A stretch of 64,000 bases of DNA from assembly GCF_009914755.1 (NCBI RefSeq), contig NC_060947.1; one strand, written 5' to 3'. A program made the position numbers and the translations under genes. Positions 48,654 to 64,000 of the stretch are shown here, in pieces (position 1 is the first letter of the stretch; each line of letters opens with the position of its first letter). The notes beneath the pieces are model-generated. The model saw only the letters and a list, made by a program, of their open reading frames with translations, ran no database searches and was not told where the DNA came from. The DNA is from the human T2T-CHM13v2.0 reference genome, Homo sapiens.

Positions 48654-49496
48654 TCATTACATCTATTTCTAGTTATATTTTATGACCAGTGATCTTGTCT
48701 TCCATTTGGTTTCATGCTGGGAATTTTCCTTTTTAAACACATTTCTAAGTCTTTCCTTGACGCTTGTCAGAAAGGAAATTCACCTTCTAGTCTGGAGTTC
48801 ATCCTAAGATGTCATCTGAAGAGCCAGCATACAAACAAGCGGCCTTTGTGGATCGGTGCCAGATGCGCTCTTCCATTCTACTGAGAGGGGGGTGTTTCCA
48901 TTCCCTTCCCTATGGTATTCTATGGAAGAGCTGAGCTACATTCTAAGAACCTCGCTTGAGCATCTTTACCCAACTCCACTTTTTGTCCATAGCCTTAAGT
49001 CCTTCTCACATTCTGTTTGACACATTCCAAACCCACTGTAAATGCTTGTGGAATGGATGAACAAGTGAACAACGGGCTTAAAAAGGAGAGGGGAAGGGAC
49101 AGTCAGTGGCGTGGGGCTGAGGCAGTCCAGCATATGCAACTAGCAGGAAGTTAAAGATTTCTGGGGGGGGTCAGAAATACCGATGGTCCCGAAGTTAATA
49201 AGACTTCTACCCTGGGCTGTGTTTGCGTGGGCATGGCCAAGGTCGGCTCCAGGACTAACCAGCCAGCCCCCTTCTGACTGTCGTCTTCCCTCCGTACCTC
49301 CAGTCATTCATTTAGTCTGCTCTTGGTCTTGCTCAGAGATAGGAGTCAGTCACCTATTTTGTTTCCTTATTATGTCTTCAATCATACACAGCTGTACACA
49401 AAAAAATATGTGACCCGTTAAACACATCTGAGTGGCCACCATGTGGGAGAACCGAATGAAACATAACCAGCTCCCTAGGAGCCCACTGTGCCAGAC

Positions 49497-50062
49497 TGTA
49501 TGGCCACAAAAATATCTCCCATCTCTCGTGCTGTGATAAAAGTTGCCCCGTTCACACCGAGACCTGCGATTTAATCTCCCTCCCACGCTTGAATCTGAAA
49601 AGGCTGTGACTCACCTCTAATCAATAGAGTATGACACAGTTGACTCAACATGACTTCTGAGTCTTGCCTATGAGAGGTGATGCAACATTCACCTTGGATA
49701 TGGAAAAGTGCCGCTTGGAGCCTGAGTCATGAGGTCGGAAGCCTGACTACTGGGAGGCCCACCCTGCTGTGAGGAAGCCAAAGGCCACGGAGTGGTAATA
49801 CGGAGGCCCTCCACTCGCCAGGCCTAGTCTTCCAGTCCTCTCCATGCAGGCACCAGGGATGTCAGTGAATGAGCCTTCAGATGGTTCCAGTCCCCAGCCA
49901 GTCAGGTTTCTGCAGCTGAGGTCCCAGACTCATGTGAAGCAAGCCATATCCACTGTGCCCTTTCTGAATTCCTGCCTCTGAAATTCCATGCATATGATAC
50001 AACGCTCGTCATTGTATGGACTCACTGTGGGGCTGTTTGTTACACAGCAAGAGGAACAGGAA
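49497..50062 (+). mobile_element. MLT1 (G/H-like) MaLR LTR
   Basis: cttgaatctg..ggctgtgactc..aatcaatagagtatgac..tgacttctgag; ends ggggctgtttgttacacagcaa. Confidence 0.65.
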
Positions 50063-50719
50063 TGCAGGACACCCTCCCCTCCCCCCACCCCCACTCAAAG
50101 CCATTCCTCCTCCATAGAGTTAAACCCTAATCTGATGCTGGCTTAAATTATTTCACTGCCTAATTCATGGTTTTCCCATGTGTATGGACGCCCCTAAACA
50201 ATGCGGTTTCATATTGTCTGGGTGCCTTGATAGGAGGAGTTTTGGGGGCCTGAAATTGAGAAAACAAGCATTCATGGATCAGGTAGTCAAGGCAAGGCAC
50301 TGTGTTTACCCCAAGAACAAACACTCTGTTAGCTGTTAACATTCTTGAGGAAAGAGCAAGTTGAGGAATGGGGTTTAATCTACTCGATACCGGTTATACA
50401 GCGAGCAGGCGGCAGGTCCAGGATTCAAACACAGGTAGTGTGTCCCCAGAGGCCAAATGTGTAAACCCTCTGCTAATTCCCCTCATCAAAAGGTAGGGGA
50501 CCCTGGGGAAGCTTTCTCTACTACAAAAGCCAGAGTCACCACCACCTTCTGAAATAATCTGAGACCAAGTACCTTCAAAAACCAAGCCTTGCCATACATA
50601 GCCAAGCCGGACTTTATAGACACACCAACACACATAGTTTCCTAGAAGGTATTTACTGATTTCTATATACTTAACACATGTACAAGACAGGTATTTCAAA
50701 AGATTAAAGAGGGCAGACA

Positions 50720-50773
50720 GTGCGCAGATGTCTTTCTCATTCCTGTGTGCACAGATGTCTTTCTCATTCCTGT
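50720..50773. repeat. 27-bp tandem duplication in the presumptive CENPVL 3' UTR
   Basis: GTGC(G/A)CAGATGTCTTTCTCATTCCTGT twice. Confidence 0.9.
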
Positions 50774-51379
50774 ATCCCCATCTCCTTACCCAGAGACACT
50801 TCCCAAACAACAAGCGAAATAGTAACAGCTTTCGCTGTTACAGGAAATAAAGAGTAATGAGGTATGTAACACGACCAAATCTTGAAATATATCATTTAAA
50901 AACCAGTAAATAGCATAACTCGAATCTAAGCAGTGAAAATATGAACGTCTACCTGAAACTCACAGGTGCGGGAGCCCACGCACACCATAATCAATGGAAG
51001 ACGTCCTAGCACATGTTTACAAACTGGTTGTGTGTTGCCGTCCTACACACCAGAGGCAAAGCGCTGAAAACAACAAGCCTGTTCACAATAGCACCAGGAA
51101 CGTACAGTACACAGGAATCATCTGCAGGTGATTTGTGACAACTGTAGGCAGAACAGTAAAAGCGAGAGATACAATGGATGGTTTGAAAAATCAGAGACAC
51201 TCTTCTTCCTTACCGAATTGCAAGATTAACGTTGTACTACGCAGACAAAGGTGTGTTCAAGATTTGGATCGTAAGCGAGTTCACTGAAAACTAGCGGAGG
51301 GGAAGGGCAAATACTGGAAGGGAATCCCCGGTGTGACCAGGCCAGAAACACCTCTTTCACAGCATGGGATCTGTGCAGG

Positions 51380-52340
<961 letters not shown>

Positions 52341-53947
52341 GCAGGATTGGCCCCTTGTTGAATGCGATGTAAAGAGACCCTTCCCTTGACCCTATCACAA
52401 CAGCCTTCGCTGGCCTGAAAGGCAGTCATGAGGCGTTCAGCAAACACCTGCCGGGCACCAGATACCCTCACCTGGGCGCTGGGATGTGGAGATGCATCAG
52501 GCTTTCCAAAGCACTCACATTCATTTAGGATCAGGTGTATGCAAATACAGTCCCCAACACCTTGGGACACTTTGCTCTGACAGAAATAAGAACCAGGGGC
52601 TCTGGGAACAGAGAGGAACGCCCACACACTGTAATTGGAGGGGCGTGTGGGAGGGGCACGGAAAGACTCTTCTAAAGTCTTCTTGGGGGCTTGATTCTTT
52701 TATTCGGCTGTAGCGTTTTATTTTTCTTGTAATTTTCGTTGCGATGAAGTCCTCTTTACCTAATGTTGACATACCTACTTCTGCTGTTTTAATTAATGTT
52801 TACCTGATGTGACTTTTCCCACCCGTTGTATCCTTTTCATTTACCCAGGGCGACCGAAGTGGAACTGAGTTTCATATAAACATGGGATAATCAGACCGTG
52901 TTTCTCACTGACTCTGCCAGTATCTACCTTTTCATACATGTTTCTAGTTCATTTCCATGATCTCTGGGCTAGTGTTTAGGTCCACAGATTTATTGTTTGT
53001 TTTCTTTTGTTTCCTCCGTGTCTCGGCTAACCGAGACCTCCTTTTTTTGCCCTTCTGTGGCTTACGTGTACACCTTGCAGGATTTATCCTGATTTCCGAA
53101 AGTGTTTTCGAGTGTTTGGCTTTGTAAAATTGTCTCAGTGGTTGCTCTGGGATTTTCAGTGTGCATATGTGACTTACCACAGGCTCCTGGTATCCAGTTC
53201 TCATCACTTCCATTGAAGTGTAGAAGCATCAGCCCCTTTTAGCCCCTCTGCCTTCCTGCTTGTAGACAACGTTGTCTGGAGTATCGGATGGTTTCATAGT
53301 TTTTGCTTTAATCGTCAAACATGACTTCCACAATTCACAAGGAAAACGGTGGCTTAGTGTTTGTCCCCTAAGGGTGTTTTTTCTACTGGTCTTGACTCCT
53401 TTCTGATAGATACTTCCAGAGGCCATCTTTTATTCTTTCCTCTTTTGTTTCAAGCACCTACTCTAGCCATTCTTTCACCGTGGGTCTGCTCGTGACAAAA
53501 TGCTTTCCTTTACCTGAGAATGTCTTGATTTCCCCTTCGTCCATGAAGGATGGTATCACTGGATACAAAATTCACAGCTGACAGGACTTTTGTTCAACAT
53601 CTGAAACTTTTCGGGACACTTCCTGATGACCGCCACTGGTCAGAGGAGACATTTGCCCTCATTAAAACTGGTGTTCTCCTATAATCAATGAACCACTTCG
53701 GTCTTGCTGCTTTCAGTGATTTTATCAGCTTCAAAAACTGACTATGATGTGTGTGTTGGTGTGAATCGCTTTGTGGTTGTCTTATCTGAAGTTTGCTCGT
53801 TTTCCAGAATCTATGGGTTTATGGTTTTCACTAAAATTTGGATATTTTCAGCCTTCTTTTCTTATACTCCTCTTTCAGTCCACTCTCTACTTTTGGTACT
53901 CCAGTCGTAGGGATATTGGAACTTTGTTATTGTCCTAACTTCGCTGA

Positions 53948-54295
<348 letters not shown>

Positions 54296-55097
54296 GTCAA
54301 TCTTATTGATTGGGCCTCCATTACGATGATGGTATCTTTTGTCATCACAGGTCTCTTACCGAGTGCATCCAGCAATGTTTCCAAATTCTGTTATTGTTTT
54401 CGTTTTCTGTTCCATCATTTCTTTTTTATACATCTTCTACTCATTGCTGAGATTTTCCATTTTCTAGTCTGGTTCCAGACTATTTGCAATTACATAATGA
54501 AGCATTTTTATGATGGTTGCTGTAAAATGTTTGTCAGATAATGGCAACATCTGCGTCGTCTCTATGTTGGTACCACTGGATTCTATTTCCTCATTCAAGC
54601 TGTGTTATTCCTGGTTCTTCACATGGTGGGCTATGCTCTATGGCATACAATGTATTTTGCTTGTTACTTTAGGAGTCTCTGGACAGGAGACAAATATTTG
54701 ATGTTAGAAGTCAGCTACTTTCTTTAGGTTTAGCATGTAGATTCTGGTGTCCATTTTTAGGTTCTGGGATTTTTAAAAAGTTTATTTTCAGAGCATTTGC
54801 GGTGCTATTTTTGTGTGTTTGGCTTACCTGCCGACACAGCAGCCCCAACTGCTCCCTACTGGTGGTATTTGAGAGGCAGAAAAAAACTAAAGTCCACACT
54901 TTATTCCAGGTTTCCTACTTACTTCCTACCTAATATCATTTTTTTTTTCTGTTCCCAGATACCATGCAGCCTACCACACTACATTTAATCATCATACTGC
55001 CTTAGGTTCCTCTTGGCTGGGACAACTTCTCAGACTTTGCTTGTTTCCATGACCTTGAGAGTTTTCAGGGTCACTAGTGAGGTATTTTCTAGAATAT

Positions 55098-55217
55098 CTT
55101 TTTTTTTTTCTTTTTCTTTTTCTTTTTTTTTTTTTTTTTTTTTTGAGACAGGGTTCCTTGCTTCCCAAAGTACATGGGACTACAGGCATGCGCCACTATG
55201 CCCGGCTAATTTGTGAC

Positions 55218-55272
<55 letters not shown>

Positions 55273-55350
55273 GTAGAGACAAGGTTTTGCCATGTTGCCC
55301 AGGCTGGTCTTGAACTCCTGGACTCAAGTGATCTGCCTGCACCGGCCTCC
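55098..55350 (-). mobile_element. Internally deleted Alu with (TG)n (55219-55268) in the linker
   Basis: Poly-T tail, truncated right monomer, TG repeat, partial left monomer. Confidence 0.8.
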
Positions 55351-57650
55351 CTAGAATATTTTTCAACTCAAGTTTTTCTAATGCTTGTCTCATGATTAGA
55401 CTGATGTTGTGAGCTACCGGAGAATCACCACAAAGGTAAAGAGCTGTTTTCGTCTGATCGCATCAAGGGTACATAATATCAACATCAGTTTTGATTGTGT
55501 AAGTTGACCTTGGTCACCTGGCAGAAGCAGTGTTGGACAGGGTGCTCCCATGAAAAGTTGCTCTTTTAACCCCTGTCCACATGCTACTCTTTGGAAGGAA
55601 GTCATTAAGCGAAGTTCACACCTAACTGGTGCTAAGTTTTAAATCCTTTCTTTGAGGCAGAGTATCTACATACATTCTTTGGAATTCTCCTTCATGGCAC
55701 AGCTATCTATGCTCCTGCATTTATTTCCTTATTCAATCGTTTATGTATATCATGATACTTTCACGGATATTTACTTGATACTTTAGATTATAATCCAATA
55801 CTTTGCTATTTCTTTTTCATTATTATCATTCTTGCAGTTGTGGCCACTGGGTGCACGTTCAGTTCACCCCTAGGTCCCGTTGGTATGCTCCCATTATTTG
55901 GGGCTCCATTTTGTGTAATTCCTTGCTTTGTGGCTCATCCTGCACATTTCTGTCTTGCATATGTTCTAGGCTGGTCTGGCCTATTTACTAGCTCCTAGGA
56001 TCAGCCAATTCTCCAAGGATTTCTGTTTCCTTTTATTAGAAAATGGTATCAGAGACCAACGTCTGGCAACTAGGTGTGCTCGTAGCTGCCAGAGTCTAGT
56101 GGTTCCTAGGCCCTCTCTGCTGAAGCAGAAAGGAAATACGTATGTATGTATACTAACCCACGTATGTACACATTTCTATAAATATTTTGATACATGACCA
56201 TGAGGATCTATAATAAGCTGAATATGAGTTCCTACCCATGTCTGCAACTCTATTCCATTGCAGCACGAATCATTCTTGCCCCTGCCACATTACGATCTGC
56301 ACCTCCCTCTCCAGCAGTGAAAAACCTGCCTCTCACCCTCCACCATCCATTTACTCATTGCAGTTCCAGTACACATGGAGAACGGTGTCAGATTTTTCAA
56401 CCTGTGTCCATACCGGCAACAGGTTTGTCTAGTCGAGTATGCTGCATATGTACAATTGCCTTTGTCTTTAGCCTTACACACTTCTTTCATTTCCAAAGTT
56501 GCTTAGATCAGCACTTTGTACTTCACAGCCTTCAGTGAAGCTTTTCATTCATTGGTAAGGTTAGAACCTTTTGTCACATTCTGCATTTCAACCTGATAGT
56601 TCCCTACCTCCCTAATGATGTCTTAAAAGATTAAACACGTTAAGTTTCATTCTGTGTCCTGTCAGTTTCCACGGATTCTGACAAATGCTTTGTCTCATAC
56701 AACCATCATTAGGGTATCTCACCCTGTCCTCACACAGAGACAGCTATTTTTATTTCCTCTTCTTCGGAGGACACGAACCCTATCATAAAGACTCCACCCT
56801 CATGACCTCATAACCTCAAACCCCATTACCTCCCAGAGGCCTCACTTGCAAATACCATCACACTGGGAGTCGGGACTTCAACACGTGAATTTGGGCGGGA
56901 AGCAAACATTCTGTCTATAACGCACATGATGGTTTCACTGCCCTAAAGCATTACCTGTGCTTTACCTACTCATGTCCTCCTGTAAAAGTCCCCTCCACAT
57001 AGCTTGCCTCCTTCTACTCATCCTTTTGAATAAAGTTTCTCTTTACTAATCCTGGATTTGTATTTTGTTTGACAACACGTACGTTTTGAAGCAAACTGGG
57101 CAAACACTTAATAGCGAGAATGCTGGACCACCAGTGTGGCAAGACTATTGAGCCTTGTTAAGGACCAAGCAGACTCTCTTCCAAATTTGCTGGAAGATAG
57201 AGACTTCCCACTTTACATGAATGGACGTTCCTGTTCTGCATCCTTGGCAGCAGTTGGTTTGTCAGTTTGGGGGTCTTGGCCGTTCTGTTAGATGTGTAGT
57301 GTCATGTAATTATTATTTGAGTTTGCATTTATCTATCAATGCCAAATAACAGTAAACATTCTTTCACATGCTCATTTATCACTTCCAAATCTTTGGTGAG
57401 GTGTCTGCTCAGACCTTTAGCTCATTTTTAAATTGGGTTATTTGTGGTTGTTTGGTTTTTGAATGTCCACAGTTTTTTGAATATTTGGAATCAAGTCTTT
57501 TCTCAGATATCTCTTTGAAAATATTTTCTTTCAGTCCTTAGGTTATCTTTCTTCCTTAACAGTAATGTCTTCCACACAGCAGAAGTTTTAAGTTTTAACA
57601 AACTCCAAATAATTGCTTTTTGTTCACAGACTCTGTGGTAGGGTTTGTGA

Positions 57651-58063
<413 letters not shown>

Positions 58064-59629
58064 TATAATTTATATTTTTATATTTCATGTGCTTTATAAT
58101 TTGAATTTTACATACGGGACTTTGGTCCTTTTTGAGTTAATTTTTGTTAAAGTGTAAGTTCTTGGTCTAGGTTAATGTTTTTTCCATATGGGCCCGAAAT
58201 CTCCCACCACCATTTACTGAAAAGGCTATCCTTTTCCCATTGTATTGTGCACGTGCCTTTGTCAAGGATCAGTTGAGAAATATTTCTGCAGTTCGATTAT
58301 TGGGCTTGCTAGTCTGTTGCATTGAACTGTGTGTGTATTCTTAGTAAATGCCACCCTGTCTTGATTACTGTAGTTTTATAGTAGGTCTTAGAATCGCATC
58401 TTATGACTTTTGCAACTCCATTCTCCTTTTTTTAGAATGGCTTTTCTATTCTAGCACATTTGTGCTTCAGTACGAAATTTCGAGTCAATATGTTGATATC
58501 TACAAAGTGAATGCTGTAATTTTGATTGGGATTCTGATGTTACAATAGATCAGTCTCAGAGGATTTGAAATCTTCTAACAATTACAAATCTTCCAGTCCG
58601 TATATATGACATCTCTCTCCACTTATTCAGATCTTCTTTGTTTTTTCTTTCCTCATCAATATTTGTAGTCTCTGCAAGCAGATCCTATGCCTGACATTTA
58701 GATTTAGACCTAAGTACTTAATAGGTACTTAAGTTGCCCTTTAAAAAAATCAAATTCTCATTGTTCACTAGTCATATACAGCTAAACAGTCATCATCAAT
58801 ATATCGATTGTGTCCTGTGACCTTGAGAACCTCATTTATTAATTCAGCAGTTTGTTGCAATTCTTTGGAGTTTTCTACATAGATAACCATATCCCCTGTA
58901 AGCAAAAAGTCCCTCTTTCTTTATGTTGTTGTCTCTTCAGGTTTTACCTGGGCATTGGTAGCCTCTCTTAGCATATGGATCATATGGCTTTTAGAACTGC
59001 TTTTTGCCCTAGGCTTTACAATATACATATTTACCTATCCCAGTCCACCGTCCAGTAACAGTACATCACTTAATGTGCAGTGCAGCTACCTAACCCGACA
59101 GAATTCCCAATTAACCCCTCATGAACTTATCCGTATGCTATATAGTCACCAAATACATTGTCAGTATTATTTTAAACAAACCGTGTTCCTTTAGACCTTG
59201 CAAGAATAAGCAACAGAAAAGGTGCGATTTTACCTCCACTTGTTCCTTCACTGATTCTGGCCCTGCCTTTATGTAGATTCAAGTGTCTCATCTATCTTAT
59301 TTTCCTTCTGCCTTTTAACATTTCTCCCAGAGCAGAGTTTCTGAAGGTTAATTTGCTTGATTTTAATTTGTCTGAGAAAGTCTTTGTTTCCTGTTCACTT
59401 GCTAATGATAATTTTGCAGGACATACAATTCTAGCTAGGTGATATTTTTCTTCACTCAACACTTTAGTATTTCAGTCTACGCTCTTCTTTTTTCGTGGGT
59501 TCTGACGAGAAGTTGGCCATAATTTTCTTCCATGTTCCTCTACCAGTAAGGTGTTTTTATTGAGGTTTTCAGACTTTCTCTTCCTCTTTAGTTTTCTGCA
59601 GTTTCACTATGTCTAGACGTGAGTTTGTG

Positions 59630-59631
<2 letters not shown>

Positions 59632-59665
<34 letters not shown>
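59632..59665. repeat. (TG)n microsatellite
   Basis: Seen directly. Confidence 0.95.
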
Positions 59666-59667
<2 letters not shown>

Positions 59668-61203
59668 TTGGTATATATGCTGCTTGATATATGCTGAGAG
59701 ATTCCTGACTCTGTGCTTTGGTGTCTGTTATTAATTTTGACAGCGCTAGGCCCTTATTGCTTCCAACGTTTATTCTGCTCTGTTCTCTCTGTCTTCTTTC
59801 TCTGTCTGGGATTCAGATTAATAGGTCGAACCTTTTGCAATTTTCACACAGTAAGATGTTCAATTCCATTTCTTCCCCTCTTTTTCCTCTTTGCATTCCG
59901 TTTTGGAAAGTGTCTGTTGTCCTCTGACCTTTCAGCATGCTTTCCAATTCTTACCTTTGTTGTGCTGACTCTACTGATGAGCTTCTGGAAGACATTCGTC
60001 ATTTCTGTTAGTGTTTTTGATTTCTAGTATTTCCTTTTAATTCTTTCTGAGAATTCCCATCTCTCTCTCCCTTTGTCCTCCCACTTGAATCTGAGGCTAA
60101 CAGAGTGCTCCTGCTCAGGGAGAGCCTGTGTCTTGCAGCACGTTCAGTTGTAACCCGCCGTTATTTCCCTGGAGCCTGGTTGTAGTGGTGGTAAGGTGTA
60201 GGGGCAGGAAAGCATTCCACAGCTTTATGACTGGATCTCTGCCTTTCAATGGGACTGTGTCTCTGGGCTGTGACCTTGACAAGTGTTTCTCCAGTGGTAT
60301 TACCCTCTCCCCATGTCCGTGGTCCTTTCCCTGGCTTCAGCATTCCCAAATAATACCTTTACACACTTGAGCCCTCTTGATTTGTTTTTCCCCCACAGGT
60401 GACACTGGAAGCCTGGAGGGGCAGACGATGGAGGAATACCCTTCCTGCACCTAAGATAAGGCTTTGGTCAAGTCTTTTGCTCTGAAGACTGGGCCTTTGT
60501 CTTGGAGAAGGCACTGGGAGTATTTGACAACGATTACTCTTCCTCTCTCCCAGCCAGAAAAACCACGGCGTCTTTTTCAGATCTTCACCATGAAAACCCA
60601 TGTGTTGAGCCAAAGGCCATGAACATGTGGATGCCCCTGAGACTGCGGGCCCCCAGCGTATTCTCACACTAATGCCAGTCCACACACAGCCTCAAGCACT
60701 TCATCGTATTTACTACTGAAGCACTCCTACAGGCTTCTGTCTGCAGAAGCTGCTGATTCAGGTAAGCAGATCTCAGCTGTGACACTGGATTTGACAGTCT
60801 CTCAAGATTCCAGGGTGGTGTCTTGCTGTCCCCTCTTGGTTCTCTGATGAGTCCAAAAGATACCTGAATCCATTTTCCAGCATTTTCTTGTTGTAAGGAT
60901 GGGATTGGTCATTTGTCTATTTACACATAGAGCTGAAAGTGGAAGTCTCATTTGTGGCCATTTTTGAAACATGTCACAATCAGAATAAGTCTATGGCTTG
61001 CAAATATCTTGCCAAGTCCTAGGAGAAGCCGATGACAGTTGAAAGTAGTTGTCGCAGGGAGCCAGCAGGAGAAGTAGGTGTGTGTGGTGGGGGTGGGAGG
61101 TTTTCAGAACCAAATGACTTCTGTTCTCATTGAATGCAAATTACTATTACATTGTTTAGTAATGTAATTACTAAAAGGTATGACTGTTTAACTCTTAAAA
61201 TCC

Positions 61204-61530
61204 TATATATATATAATATATATATTATATTATATATTATATATTATATATATTATATATAATATATATTATATATTATATATATTATATATAATATATA
61301 TTATATAATATATTATATATATTATATATTATATATTATATATAATATATATTATATAATATATTATATATTATATATTATATATTATATATTAAATATA
61401 TTATATATTATATATAATTTATATATTATATATTATATATTATATATATTATATATTATATATTAAATATATATAATATATTATATATTATATATATTAT
61501 ATATTATATATAATATATTATATATATATA
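61204..61530. repeat. ~325-bp pure AT low-complexity tract (TATATTA/TATAA units)
   Basis: No G or C across the tract. Confidence 0.95.
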
Positions 61531-61819
61531 CGATTTGAGAAAATTAAATAATGGACAGTGCATTTTATGTAGAAATTGTCTAGAAATTTTGCATGAAGGA
61601 ATGCACAGAAATTGTAAACATAATTTGAAGGTTAAATAAATGCCCTCAAATGCATACAATTTCTAAAACTGTTATTACCTCTTGCTTGCTGGTTGATGTC
61701 AGCTGTCAGTATTACCTCCTCACTAGGCATGCATTGCCTAGGATCACAGCAGCTTTACACACCAATTGGCCAGGGCGATGATGTTAAAATCGGCCTCTGC
61801 CAAATCATGAGGAGGCAAT

Positions 61820-61965
61820 GACGTAGAAGGGGACCTTATCCCCATTTCACAAATGGAGAAACCAAGGCTAAAAGAGACTAAGTAACTTGCTGAAAGTCAT
61901 ACACTATGTAAGTGGTGGATCTGGGACAGTCTCCCAAGCTGTGTCTGACATCAGCACCCATGTCC
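61820..61965 (-). mobile_element. MIR SINE fragment
   Basis: atccccatttcacaaatggagaaaccaaggct..agagactaagtaacttgc is the reversed MIR core. Confidence 0.75.
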
Positions 61966-62284
61966 TTTCTGGTATACTTCTCTGCCTATCCAAGGGTGGG
62001 CAGCATTTTGAATTGTCACACCTTTTTCGGATAATGGTGTTCTTTTTTTGTTTTCTTTTCATCTGAGCTTGGAAAAAAAGTACTCACAAATACACAAGTA
62101 GAGATGAATACAATCATCTGATACTTTTTAGAAAATAAAAACCCATAAGCCTCATTAAATTGACTTAGAAGCTGGAAACAAAGATAAAAATCTTCCAAAT
62201 TTATTTACTGAAAGTAGCCTGATACCAAAATCTGGAAAAGACAGTACATGCACAAGGGACCCCAGGTGCGCACGGGCACACAGG

Positions 62285-62287
<3 letters not shown>

Positions 62288-62323
<36 letters not shown>

Positions 62324-62331
62324 ACACTCAC
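62288..62331. repeat. (CA)n microsatellite
   Basis: Seen directly. Confidence 0.9.
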
Positions 62332-62499
62332 AGGCATGCACACGCAGAGAGAAATATGGATCTATATCACTTATGAAATCTATCACTAATAAATTTCATT
62401 TTGTGCCCCTAAAGTTTCAGTGGATAAATAGCAATGATATGTAGAAAACCTACCACACATCTGGTAGGTTTTTTACTCATGAGAAGATGATGTCATATT

Positions 62500-62745
62500 T
62501 AGAAATATATATGTACAACATGGTGACTACTGTGAATAGCAATGCATTGCATACTTGAAATTTGCTAAGAGAGTAGATCTCCAGTGTTCACACCATACAC
62601 AAAAGGGTAACTGTGTGAGATGATGGATATGTTAATTAGCTTGATCTTGGTAATCATTTCACAGTGTATACACATATCGAAACATCACATTGTACTTCCT
62701 AAATATACGCAGTTTTATTTTTCAGTCATACCTCAGTAAACCTGG
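62500..62745 (+). mobile_element. L1MA 3' end fragment
   Basis: tacttgaaatttgctaagagagtagatct..gatggatatgttaattagcttgat..aacatcacattgtac. Confidence 0.75.
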
Positions 62746-62764
62746 GAGAAATCTCATTTGCTGT

Positions 62765-62985
62765 AGAGGAACACTTCTCATCCAGGGGCATTTTGCCTCC
62801 CAGGGAACATCTGGCAATGTTTGGAGACATTTTTGTTTATCGTTACTGGGGAAAAGAGGAGGTGCTTCTGGCATCCAGTGGATCCAGGCTAGTGATGCTA
62901 CTTAACTCCCTGAAAGCACAAGACGGCCACGCGCTATAATTATCTCGTCCAAAATGTCAATAGCATCAACGTTGACAAGCTCTGT
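62765..62985. mobile_element. MER20 (hAT-Charlie)
   Basis: ttttgcctcccagggaacatctggcaatgtttggagacattttt..ctggcatccagtggatccagg..caaaatgtcaatag. Confidence 0.78.
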
Positions 62986-63619
62986 CGTAGGGTATTTACA
63001 TAACTCAGAAAAGCCAGAAACAAAATTTAACTCATGTGCAGTCCTGCCAGTGATCCATAACAATTGCTAAACATTTGATATGTGTGTGTGTTAAATTTTC
63101 TGCTACAGTTTTTTACCTCATAATCACCAAAAGACTATGGTTGGAGGAAACTATTTTATTTCAAAGGTTAATTCTTCCACCACATTCTACAAGTGTTTTT
63201 CAAATATTCCACATATTAGTCTGTGCTTAAGAACACATGTCCCTTAAGATTTGTAATTTCAGCTGACTTACATGGAGGGGTATTCTACTAGTATCAATCC
63301 ACCATCACCTGTCTCCTGATTTTCACCTTTCTGAACAGAGGTATCATTTCCATATATTTGGTGAAAATAAAGAAAAGCAGTGCCTCATACCACAATGCAT
63401 GTGATATACAAAGGGCTGCGTGTTTGACTAACTGCATCAAAGCAATCCCATTACCCCACCAGTGACTGGCTTTGAAATGGGCCTTTCCCAGTTGCCATCC
63501 ATGAGATATGGGTGTTTGTTGGCTTACAGTCTTCGAAGAATATTTTCTCAGCTCTTAGAGATATAGAAGAGACACAAAAGATGGTACACACGCACGCACA
63601 CACATATGGTTGCACACAC

Positions 63620-64000
63620 ACAGTCTAAAAGAATATCTAGGATTATAATTAACAAATGAATTTAGTGTGATATTGCTGGGTATAAGGTCAATATCACAAA
63701 ATTCAATTGAATTTGTATATCCTGGCATTAAACATGTAAAGAGACAACTTTTAAATGTCATTTCTCATAGTATCAGAACACATCAAATGCCTAGGAACAA
63801 ATCTAGCAAAGATTCCCAAGACCTCTGCCCGGAAGTCTACACAACATTTTCGAGAGAAATTAAAGAAGACCTAGGTAAATCAGAGCTATATCGCACTTAT
63901 GGACTGGAAGACAATGTCATGAAAGTAAACCGAAGAGAGAATTCTAATGAAAATGATTTATAGATTCAATGTGACCCCAGTGAAATTCCCGGCTCTTTTT
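63620..64000 (+). mobile_element. Old L1 ORF2 fragment
   Basis: ..GYKVNITKFN..; REIKEDLGK; tatagattcaatg. Confidence 0.65.

Overview
Repeat-dense mammalian (human-type) genomic DNA, not prokaryotic. The only convincing host gene is an intronless, CpG-island-embedded CENPV-like retrogene (minus strand, 51439-52257, 272 aa, intact GFA zinc-binding domain), which points to the human Xp11.22 CENPVL cluster, most likely CENPVL2. The rest is mostly transposon-derived: a full-length L1PA2/PA3-type LINE-1 (14184-20203; ORF1 intact, ORF2 disrupted), about 19 Alus, a HERV-K-class solo LTR, MaLR/ERVL LTRs, hAT DNA transposons and old L1M/L2/MIR fragments. Structure the repeats do not explain: (1) an old ~1.7 kb duplicated non-repeat block (33390-35130 vs 46075-47790) with exon-like organisation, possibly an unannotated decayed gene; (2) three short locally templated copy-insertions; (3) an orphan + strand exon candidate; (4) a near-palindromic L1 target site; (5) a broad CpG excess around the retrogene, compatible with GC-biased gene conversion or germline hypomethylation. 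I found no clearly novel functional system. Repeat subfamily names come from recalled consensus sequences, and counts and identities are by eye.
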